From Zygophlyctis sp. KS116 (Eukaryota > Fungi > Chytridiomycota), in contig BAAFSQ010000024.1 in NCBI GenBank assembly GCA_054661495.1, forward strand, positions 39,629-71,628: a stretch of DNA of 32,000 nt, in the 5' to 3' direction. A program made the translations under genes and the position numbers. Below are positions 1 to 10,900 of this stretch, in pieces; position 1 is the first letter of the stretch; every line of letters starts with the position of its first letter. The notes beneath the pieces were generated by a model. That model searched no databases and was not told where the DNA came from. It worked only from the letters and a program-made list of their open reading frames with translations.

Positions 1-3000
1 CTTGTGGGAGATGGGGAATTCAAAAGAGTTGGAAGGGATCGTAGGTAATATATTTTTGGAAGGAAGTAATTCTTGTCCGGAATTGATAATGTTGGGATTT
101 TCAAAATTGAATTGGACAAATTCTTCTCCATTTAAAGATGTTTTACAGTCACTCTTGTTATTATTTTTACAAGGGCATGCAAGTTCAGGAGTGGTTCTTC
201 CAGCTTTATGGCAATCTTCTCCTTCGCTTTTTATAACAGGGATTTTGGCGTACTATGCTTCAGATCCATCATCGCTATCTAGAATTTTGGATTTAGCACA
301 AGATTTAAAGGTTTTAGGACAGGTTTTGGAGGCTGAATCTTTTAATTTTTCAATAGATTTGGCGGCTTTGGCGTCAAGAAGAGAATATTTGAATTTAGAA
401 AAATGGCTGATAGATCATATAAGAGAAAAAGGATTGCCTTTTTTTCTTGCAATTTTGGATTTCTTAAGAGATAAAATCGCTGTTTCAAGTGGAAGATTGG
501 AAGGTAAACCTCCTGTAGTTCCTCTTTCAATTGATGTCGCCGGAGTGTTTATAAGGACAATCTTACATAATAAGCAGTATGTATACCATATTAATTACTA
601 GTATTTTGTCTCCTGATAAAGTGCAATTATTGCGTGAAACATTAACGGCATGTGTTCAAACTTGGCCGCAATTAGAATCTGGAATCTCTGCTATTTTGGA
701 ATCTGCTTCTAATAACAACAATACGGCAGGTATTAATCCACAAGCACCGGCTACGTTTCCTCAAGACATTGAAGAAGAGGCAAATTCTTATTATGAAAGA
801 ATTTACAAGGGGGAAGTATCTATACCTCAAATCGTAGAAATTTTGTCACGTTTCAAGAATTCCAATTTTCCAAGAGAGCAGCAGGTGTTCAAGTGTATGA
901 TACATAATTTGTTTGATGAATATCAATTTTTTCCAAGATACCCTGATAAGGAATTAGCGATAACTAGTATTTTATTTGGGTCTTTGATTCAAAATCAAAT
1001 AATCAGCTCCATCGCCTTGGGAGTAGCGTTAAGATACGTTTTAGAGGCCTTACGACAGCCCATAGGATCTAAATTGTTTAATTTTGCTAGTCAAGCGCTA
1101 TACCAGTTTCAATCTCGTTTAGTTGAATGGCCACAATACTGTACTCTTTTACTTCAGATACCGCATCTTCCACAGGCTATGCCTGATGTTATGCAAAAAA
1201 TTAGTCGTGTATTAAATCAAAATGGAACTGGACAGTCATTTACACCAGAAGCATTACCGGATAATGGATCTTTGTCACGCCAAACCTCTAGTCCACAAGT
1301 TGCTCCAGTTTTTTCAGCATTGAGATTGGATGCTGACCTGGAAGGTTCTGCTGAAACCCCAGATGATATCATTCATGATAAAATACTTTTCATTATGAAT
1401 AATTTATCTACTGAAAACATGAATGTTAAAATAATTGAAATGCGGGAAATCTTTGGACCCCCTCATTATCGTTGGTTTAGTGGCTACATCGTGAGGAGGG
1501 CTAGTCAGGAGCCAAATTACCATTCTTTGTATTCAGATTTTTTGGATGCATTAAGCAGCAATATTCTGGAAAGACATATTATTCATGAAACATTCTCCAA
1601 TGTTCATGTACTTTTGAATTCAGAAAAGACTGTTGCTTCTTCTCAAGAGCGTACACTTCTAAAGAATTTAGGGACTTGGCTGGGACTTGTCACTCTGTCA
1701 AAAAACAAACCTATTAAGAATCGTAATTTAGCAATGAAAGAATTGCTGCTGGAAGGATATGACTCATCAAGGCTAATTGTTGTTATTCCTTTTGTTTGCA
1801 AGGTTTTGGAGCAAGGATTTGATAGCATTGTATTTTCTCCGCCAAATCCATGGTTAATGTCGATTATGAAATTGTTGGCTGAATTATACCACTATGCTAA
1901 CTTGAAATTGAATCTTAAATTCGAAATTGAGGTTCTATGCAAGAAATTGAATCTCGATATAAAAGGTGCATATTTAAAATGGCCTCTGACAAAATAGATA
2001 TCCAACCGACTGATATATTACGCAATCGTCCTTTGAAAGATTATGGAACTAAACAGGCAGACACTGATAACTCGTTACAGACATCTTCGGGTAAACATAA
2101 TTGTTTGATTAATTATTTAGATAATAGTGGTCAATTCTACTCTAATATTAGCACATTTCTCACATTCAATTCCAATATACCTCTTTTTAATTCTCAGCCA
2201 GCTTTAAAGCGAATTGTTCAAATAGCGATTGAGCGTGCAATTCGTGAAGTGGTATTTAGATTTATTTTAGTAATTTTTAGGTAACATCCCCTGTAGTGGA
2301 AAGAAGTGTCGCAATTGCAACAATTGCATCTCGTGAATTGGTACTCAAAGATTTCGCACTAGAAGGAAACGATGAAAAAATGAGAAAGGCCGCACACTTA
2401 ATGGTTCAGAGTCTATCAGGTATTTTATTCATTGGTTTATATCTAGGAAGTCTTGCGTCAGTTTCAACTCGTGAGCCGCTGCGAGTTAGCATAGTTGCTC
2501 ATATTAAAAATCTTCTCCTTCAAAATGGAATTACGGAGGTTGGTTTTATATTTACTAAATAACAGCAATCTGTCCCAGAGCAAGTTATATATGTCGTTGT
2601 TGCTGATAATCTGGAATTGGCATGCTCTATTATGGAAAAAACAGCCGCAGAAAAGTCTACAGCTGAAGTAGATGATGCTTTGACTCAAGCTTATGTTCTT
2701 CGAAGAAAACATAGAGAGGTATTTTGAAATTAATCTTATTATAAGCGTACAACGCAGCCATTTTATGACATGTCAGTCTTTGGAGCTTCTAGATATCCTT
2801 CACTCTTGCCCGAGTCATTGAAATTGAAACCAGGAGGTCTTACTTTATCTCAGATACGTGTGTATGAAGATTTTATGCGCATTACTGTTCCGGGTTCTCC
2901 AGCTCCTGATTCAGATAGAGTTGCTCGGGCTGCTGATACTCATTTTGGAAACCAGGCCTCGGAGCAGCCTGCTTATGATAATGTCCCAGCGGCAATATCT

Positions 3001-5298
3001 ACGCAACAAGCCATGGAAAAGTTTACGGTATTTTTGTTTATACTTAAATACAGGTGTTAATGGTTGAGTTGGAGCGAAATATATCCCAAAATGCAAACGC
3101 TTCGCTGCAAGCTCTGAACGCTAATCATGTTCTTCGTGCATTGATTCGCCAGGTACCTCTACTTGTGACGCAGGCTGCGAATCGGGATGATTGTGCCTTA
3201 TTGTTTTCCCAAAACATAGTCCAGCAGCTGTACAAATCTGATAATAAGCTTTCTACCGAAATTAATTTATTGATTCTAGAAAAGTTATGTGAAATATCTA
3301 AGAGATTTTTCAAAGAATTAAAGGAGTGGCTCCTTTATGATGATAATGAGGTAAGGTTGTTTTTTAAAATACTAGAAAAAATTCGACGTCTCGGTTACTA
3401 TATTACTACTGGAACGAGGTTTTGTAACAATCCAAGAGCTGGATTTGCAATTATGCCGCTTGATAGAGGTTGGTCGTCCTTCTGCAATTTCATATGCGTG
3501 TAATCTCATCCGTTCATGTCTGCTTTCGGAAGCTCCTTTGTGTTCTTACAATTCATTTTTATTATCAGTGGAAGCACTTCGAAGATCCTCGGTTGAATCG
3601 CACAAAAACATAGCATCTGCAGTTGAATTCGGATTGGGACAAAAGATGGCTCAGCTAGCTGAAAACGAAAACATGATTGAAAATTCCGATTTCCAAAAGA
3701 TCAAAGAACAAATCATTGCGGTTTATAAGGAATGGATTCAATTATATGGGCATCCTGCTTCAAATGAACGAAATCAGCTTAATTATGTTGCGCTTTTGCA
3801 AGCGAACAACTTGCTTCTCAAGAAGAATATTACTCCGATGTTCCTACGAGTGGCCATAGAAGCTACAATAGAAGCATATATGCAAAGTTCCTCCTTAGGA
3901 GCCTCTTCAGCCGCAGCTTATCAGACTGTAGATGCTCTCGCTAGATTATTCGTATTGATTATAATCCATCAACCCGACGAGCCCAACTCTGAGCCCTGCT
4001 CTGGACGAAACAAAATATTCAATTTGATATTTTCTGTAATACCATTAGTGATTGCTCATAATCACGAGCAGAATAGAACAAGTTTCAATCAAAAACCATT
4101 CTTTCGATTATTTTCATCGATGCTTTGCGGGTTTTCAGCTAATAGAGAAGCGCTTGAACCTGTTGAAATCAATTTGTTTTCAGCATTAGGGTAAATTTGA
4201 TTTTTTCTAATATTAGGAACATGCTTCATTTATTGAACCCCTCCATTTTGCCTGGATTTAGCTTTTCCTGGGTACAGATAGTTTCTCATCGTTTCTTTTT
4301 CCCAAAGTTGATTCAGAGTGATCGAAAATTGCTTTGGATAGTTTGTAAGCGTCTATTGGTGGACTTGCTGGAATTTTTGAATCCTTATCTCACACGTGTG
4401 CCACTTTCAAATACAATTCGCATCTTCTATAAAGCGGCACTTCGAATCATGCTCGTTCTAGTCCATGATTTCCCAGAATTTCTTTGTGAATATCACTTTG
4501 ATTTGGTTAATGTTGTTCCTTACTCTTGTGTTCAACTCAGAAATCTCATCTTGTCTGCTTTTCCTCAGGATATGAAATTGCCCGATCCATTCACGCCAAA
4601 TTTAAAGGTGGATCTTTTGCCAGAAATCAACCAATCTCCCACAATTCTTTCTGATTATACTTCTAGCCTAGTTCAACTTAATTTGCTAGAACAACTTGAT
4701 ACATATTTAGAAACTCGAAGTCCTCAATCTTTTCTTAGCGGCTTATCTAGTAGATTTTTGTCTGAATCTAGCACTACTGAGGCAAAATATGACATCAAGG
4801 CTATTAGTTCTCTAGTATTGTACATGGGAATAAAAGCGATATCTCACTCTAAAGCTAAAATAAATACACCGGATGGAATCTCTAATGCACCGCTTGATAT
4901 CTTTCAGAGTCTTGCAGACGATATGGATAGTGAAAGTATGAATTTTATTATTAAACCTAGGTCGTTATTACCTTTTTAGTGCTGTAGCTGATCAGCTCCG
5001 ATACCCCAACAGTCATACGCACTATTTCAGCTGTATTTTATTGCATATTTTCTCTGAAACTCAATCCCTAAAGATTCAAGAGCAGATTACACGGTAATTT
5101 TCCATTTTTAATCATAGTGTACTTATCGAGCGCTTAATCGTCAATCGCCCTCACCCCTATGGTCTATTGATTACATTTATTGAATTAATTCGAAATCCCA
5201 GATACAAGTTTTGGGATTTAAGTATTATACATTGTGCTCCTGAAATTGAACGAATTTTCTCAAATGTTGCCAAATCAATTGTCAATAAAGCTGGATAG
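1..5298 (+). CDS. NOT1: CCR4-NOT scaffold subunit Not1 (5'-partial, 12 introns)
   Basis: Conserved motifs [90 protein letters not shown] and [10 protein letters not shown]. Introns at 577-601, 1966-1997, 2091-2120, 2252-2280, 2420-2446, 2539-2565, 2719-2745, 3028-3053, 3351-3375, 4191-4216, 4936-4960 and 5094-5117 join the ORF pieces in frame. Stop TAG at 5296-5298. Confidence 0.97.
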
Positions 5299-5317
5299 AA
5301 TAATAATTTTTAAAAAT

Positions 5318-5676
5318 CTAAACAAATCTAAATATATCTGCCATGATCAACAATTTCCCAGTATTTGCATCTACTGTTGCCAAGATAACCTGAGAAAATA
5401 AGTGTTTCTGATCAGTATTTGCTGATCCAGAGACTGAAATCAATAAATTAGATCCAGAGTCTTGTACATCATAACTACTAATTCTAAATACTAGAAATTC
5501 TAAAATTCCAAATTACCTGGAAGAGATAAATCCATAAACTGCACTCCATTCATTGGATTCCCATTCCAAACAACTTTAGTGTTTGCATTATAATATTGTC
5601 CCAACTTTACCTTTTCTCTAGTCTTGTAATAACTAGTAATGAATGCATCAGCCTTTCTACAAGAAGTAGCAGACAT
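5318..5676 (-). CDS. NXT1: NTF2-related export protein Nxt1/p15 (110 aa, 1 intron; absent from ORF track)
   Basis: Manual translation MSATSCRKADAFITSYYKTREK...KVVWNGNPM...LP|VFRISSYDVQ...LLISVSG...LFSQVIL...IMADIFRFV* matches NXT1 hallmarks (F..YY, WNGN, C-terminal D.FRF). Intron 5491-5516 (26 nt). Confidence 0.88.
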
Positions 5677-5732
5677 GATTTTTAGAGAAAAAAAAAAGTT
5701 TACTAAATAAGTAGTAAAAGAGATTTATTACT

Positions 5733-6160
5733 TTAATCCTTTCTGGTAAATGGATTTTGATTGATTTCAATTTCCTTTGCATGTTTTGCATCTTTCCATT
5801 CCTGAGTTCGAGTAATTGGTTTTGGTTTGACTAATGTTAAATATATAAATTACCAGATTCCCAATAACGCCATAGTCCGAATGAAGTCAACAAGAAGAAT
5901 ACAGTCCAACCGGCAACAAGTTTTTTCTGTGCTGGATCAGCCGGTGCTCTTGGTCCATAAGGTCCATAGGCAATATAGTATGCAGCACGTTTTTCTTCTA
6001 GACTCATGGCTTTCCAATCTCCTCCTTGTGCTTTTGCCAAGTGATCAGCAATTGCTCCTTTTTCACATTCAGGAAGACGGATCCAACGCGAGTCTAGTCC
6101 TGCGAGTGATGTGGGAGAGAGATAAGAAGATGAACGACGAGACAAGATTTGTTTAAACAT
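5733..6160 (-). CDS. COX5: Cytochrome c oxidase subunit 5 (fungal COX5, mammalian COX4 family), 134 aa
   Basis: Presequence-like N-terminus, DWKAMSLEEKRAAYYIAYGPYGPR and one TM helix. The 23-nt intron 5831-5853 adds the family C-terminus KPITRTQEWKDA...NQNPFTRKD*. Confidence 0.93.
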
Positions 6161-6245
6161 TTTTTGACTGTAAACGCGAAAAATTTACAATCTCAAATTT
6201 TTCTTAAATTTTTAGAGTGTTTAATTTAGGGCAAAAGGTTTATTT

Positions 6246-7192
6246 CTAGTTTGCAGGGGTACTGCTAGAACTGGGTTTGCTTCTCCAGACAAGTTTCCAT
6301 CCAATAAAAAATGATAAAAAGACAACTAGAAGGAGTAAAAATATAATCAGGACTTTTGTTCGGTTTCCAGATTGATATTTATCTGCTTTTTTTAATTCTT
6401 CATGGGCAGCTTCTAGATTGACATTTGTACTCTCTAAATTATAATCTATTCTGTCTAGAATTGATCCTTGATCTATCACCATGGTATTTAATTCTTTAAA
6501 GACTGTTGCAAGTCCATTAATAGATTTTACAATGTCATTAATTTCTTTTTCCCGAGATGATAGTATTTTTTCATTATCTTGAATCATTTGAATTTGAGCA
6601 TCTGTAAATATCTATTGGTGAGAATTTTAGGTCGTACATCAATATCATTACTGTCTGTGAGTGTTTCTTTTCCAAGAGTTGTAGTTTTTTCTCTTGCTTT
6701 CAATTTTGAAAGATAATCTGATTGAATTTTTTTAAAAGTGGATGAAGTTTCTTGTAATTTTGTAGCTAAACTTGTTTGAATATTTTTACCAACAATTTTG
6801 GCTTGATTTTGAGAAGATCCAGGAATATTCTTAATCTTTTTTTGACAATTACTAAACATTGTCATAATTTCATTTGATGTTTTTTCTATAGAATATTCTT
6901 CTCCTCCGCGATCATCAAAGCCTGGAAGTAAATGTTTTCTATGTAATGACTCTAAAAATGATATCTTGTCTTTAATGGCTGTAATCTCTTCCTCTACGAC
7001 TTCAACTGAATCCACCCTAGGAATAAACTTGTAAGATTAATACCATTTTGGAGGAAGAACAGAGAGTTCTAGAATTTGATGATTGTCATTATCTATTAAT
7101 GCTTCATTCTCAGAGTTTTCATGTTTCTTATTTATCCTAGAGTATGTGTTTCTGTATTGTATAAATATGAGTGTCTTGCTTCTTGTAGCCAT
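6246..7192 (-). CDS. TLG2: Qa-SNARE syntaxin-16/Tlg2 (297 aa, 2 introns)
   Basis: N-peptide MATRSKTLIFIQYRN, LPPKWVD, LHRKHLLPGFDD, SNARE motif MVIDQGSILDRIDYN and a C-terminal TM. Introns 7017-7043 and 6612-6637. Confidence 0.94.
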
Positions 7193-7227
7193 TTTGCGTT
7201 TGCGCAGGAATGACGACTTGAAAGAAT

Positions 7228-7274
7228 TGTCCGAAACTTGACCGAGGAATGCATGAGCATGTCCGAAACTTGAC
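7228..7274. repeat. 15-bp direct repeat TGTCCGAAACTTGAC x2 in the TLG2/EGD2 divergent spacer
   Basis: Exact copies at 7228-7242 and 7260-7274 (32-bp period). Confidence 0.85.
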
Positions 7275-7405
7275 TTAATAAAAGCGTTTTATGAACCTAT
7301 CGCAGATTGACGCCGAGTCCTAGACAAGGTTCAAAAGAAACATCGCCACAAATTTGGACGCTCTTATAAAAATGTTGTAGGAATAATGCGCCACTAAAAT
7401 TCAAA

Positions 7406-7954
7406 ATGACTGTAATCTCAGAGATTCCCCCAGAACAGCAAGTACCTGCCCAAGAGACCGCTCAGGACGTTTCCGATGGAGAGGAAAAGGGTCATTCAAG
7501 AGGTGAAAAGAAGGCAAGAAAAGCATTGTCAAAATTGGGACTTAAGTTAGAAAGTGACATCACTAGAGTTACATTTAAAAGAGCAAAGAATGTAAGAATT
7601 TTTTTTATTAATTTCAAGTCAATCTTTGCAATTGAAAAACCTGATGTCTACAAATCTGCCTCGTCAGAGGCTTGGATTGTTTTTGGTGAAGCAAAGGTGG
7701 AAGATATGGCTAGTGCAAATTATCAAGCACAGCAAATGATGAAGAGTGCTGCAAGTGCAGTTCCACAAGCAGACGCACCTCCAGCCTTAGCCCCCGTAGA
7801 CGACGATGATGAAGAGGTTGACGCTACTGGAATAGAACCAAAAGATATTGAAATCGTTATGACTCAGGCCAATGTATCTCGCTCAAAGGCTATTAAGGCT
7901 CTTAAATCCTCTGATAACGACATTGTTAATGCAATCATGGACTTGACAATGTAA
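7406..7954 (+). CDS. EGD2: Nascent polypeptide-associated complex alpha subunit (173 aa, 1 in-frame intron)
   Basis: [34 protein letters not shown] and the UBA tail [11 protein letters not shown]. Removing the 27-nt intron 7592-7618 restores [14 protein letters not shown]. Confidence 0.97.
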   Translation: MTVISEIPPEQQVPAQETAQDVSDGEEKGHSRGEKKARKALSKLGLKLESDITRVTFKRAKNVRIFFINFKSIFAIEKPDVYKSASSEAWIVFGEAKVEDMASANYQAQQMMKSAASAVPQADAPPALAPVDDDDEEVDATGIEPKDIEIVMTQANVSRSKAIKALKSSDNDIVNAIMDLTM

Positions 7955-7973
7955 TAACAAAATTTAGAAATCT

Positions 7974-10900
7974 TTATATTGCTAGTTTGAGATAATACAC
8001 CCAGACAACCTGGGAATTGGGAGTAGTTATAGTGAGTTTGCCGGTTTTTGAACCTGGAATTACAATTGAGGGTCTGTTGTTTTCAATTTTAACTCCAACT
8101 GAGAGCTGAATGGCCTTCTTTGCAGGAATATTTTCTGATGATTTTATAGTAAAAATGGGATTATCCTAAATATAAAAAATAAACTGATTTACCACCAGGA
8201 AACTAAATAATGCAGGAGTGTTTAAGACATTTTTGAATGTTAAGATAGATGGTGCCCCCAGCTTAATAAGAATTGGTCCTTGAGGTCGGGGAGATATGCA
8301 GTGACCAAAAAGAGGGCATATATACTCACCTCCAACAGGTGATGATACGATAAGTTGAGTCCGAACATCACCAAGATGCGATGGCTCATACATTATTTCT
8401 ACTGTCACTTCAGTACCACCCAAGGATGCTATAATAAGATAAAGCTAAACTTACCAGCCGTGGCAGTGACTGTTTTATCAATCAGAAAATCTAGACTATC
8501 TATCTTACAAGAATATTCTGTTTTAACTTTGCTCAGACTTAGAAAACGAAAGACTTGGATTTGACTTCCTCCTAATCCAACCTTAAAATGAATACTTCTT
8601 TCGGGAGGTCCTGGGACTGCATTAAGCTTAAGATCGTATATATATGTCCCGAGATCATTTGAAGATAGCGTTAGTCTGGTAGCCATTTCTTTTGGTGTCA
8701 ACGGTAAAAATTCTACTGGTATTATTAACTCGGATCTATCAAATTAGAATAAATTATTTGATCTTACTTTGGAGGGGCCGTCGAATTATGCGGTACAAAA
8801 ATATCAGCATGCTGACACGATCCACTGAATGTAACAGGATTAGATAGTGGATTAAAGATTGAAATTTCCTTCAAAATTGGCTGCCTGACAGTGGTTCCCA
8901 TTTCAATCGTTGACAAGACTCCAGGTGGAGTACTTTTGTATGTTATAGTCCAGAATGAATACTCTTGATTTTGCTCGTTCTTGAATATAATCTTGGCATT
9001 TGTCGTACCCTCTTTATGAGAATAGAAGGTCAATTTATAATCTTTGCTCATGAGCGGGGCAACGTCTATAAATTCCGCACCTTTTAATGTGACAAAGTCT
9101 GGCTTTGATAAATCTATGATAACCTTAAATCTTTGAGGCCTTTTCAGCCAATTTTGAACAGTTAAAACCTCTACATGGGTTGTTTTGCATGAAATCTCCC
9201 TTGAAATACTTGCGAGCGGAGAAGGCTTTTCAGCAATGCCGACCAATTTATATAAAATCCCAGAACCATCTGGAAGTGGGAAAAAGACACTCCCTTCATG
9301 TTTTCCTCCATCGCCGAGCCCGAGCATTTCTAACGGACTGAATGTGATATCAAAAGTTCTTGATTGTCCTGATTCGATGTCTAAACTCTCAGCCCCTGTC
9401 CAGTAAGGATTCTCTATTATGGGAAAGATATTCCATGTGTTATTTGTTTTGTTAGATATATTTATGCTTTTGGTCTCAGACCCTCGAACCGGAACAGAGA
9501 ATTTAATTGTATCGGTATGGCTGGGAAGGGGAATACAGATCCCTGTGAGGGTTAAAGCGAGGGGATTGCTTCCTTCTATAATGCACTGTAATCTTTCATA
9601 ACGAATATCTTGGCTAATATCAACAGGGTGAAATGTGATCTCCAAAGCAATATCCATACCAGGAGAAATATAACCTTCGGATGGAGTGATTGTGAAATCC
9701 GGCCAGAATTTAGAAATGTCCCAAGAAAATTTCGCCCCAATATCACCTAAGTTTTGAAGCTGCAATTTCCTGGTAGTAGAACTTTTTTGAACAACAGCTC
9801 CAAACGGAAGAGTATCATTTTCTAACTGAATTGAAATACCTTGACAAGATCCAGAAACAGTAAATAAGTGGCGAGTAAGTCCGCAAGATTCTGCATTTAC
9901 TTCTTCACAGAATACGGGTATTCGGTGATGAGGCTTAAACCTGAATTCAATTGGAAGTATAGCCTTTGGTTTCATGGTGATTTCTCCATTGACTGACAAT
10001 GATACGCCATGAGATTGTAGAGATTCGATGGCAGTGAGAGGACTTAAAGAAAATGTAGCTGGAATAATACTCCTATTGATAATTCTGGCAGTTCTTGTTA
10101 AAGAGCTTCCTACCCTAATAGCTCCGAAATTAACGTAACGCTGATCGTTCATGAGCGGTTCTACTCTAAATTCAGTTCCTTCTCCCCTTAAAGCAATTTC
10201 TATAGTAGACAGTCCATTAATTTCTATTTTGACGATTCTTTCATAGGCTTTAGCCTCCCTTGGGAAGAATGTGATCGACAACATAGATGATTCGCCAGGT
10301 TGCAGACTATTTCGAGCCAGATGAAGTTCAAATATTTCGTTCTGTTCGCCGACAATATCAAGGGTAGCTTCTTTGACATCTTCATTGATGATCATAACGG
10401 ACATTGTACAAGGAAGCGTAATTCCATTGTATAAGAATTGACTAGAAAAATTTACTTCTTTTTGTGATACACGAATCAACGGTTTTGTACTAGCTCCAAC
10501 TATAGCAACGCTGTATGCCCGCCCATTATTTATCTGGCAAATTGCCTTGATATTCTTAAGCGAAGATATTACAGTTGGGTGATACAATATTTGACAAAAG
10601 ACCTTTTCACCTCTTGAAACTGTACCTATTTCCGGATCTATGGTGACATATCCAGGTGTTTTCAGCGGCAGCTTCCAAGAAAAATCAAAATTATATTTTC
10701 CAGAATTGATGATAAGAATGCGTTTCATTCCCTTATCATTTATTTGTAATAATCCAAAATCAAGCAAATTTTCAGTATTAGGACCGGCCATTAATTCAGT
10801 CAAAGAGCCATCATACTGTTCTACCATCAACGAGTCATGGAATTCGTATCCTTCACCTTTAACATTAATTCCCAAATGTGTAGACTTTCTCTTGACATTG

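Noticed and set aside
7228-7274. Direct repeat as a CRISPR array or transposon end
   Set aside because: Only two 15-bp copies, eukaryotic context, and no cas gene, transposase or terminal inverted repeats.
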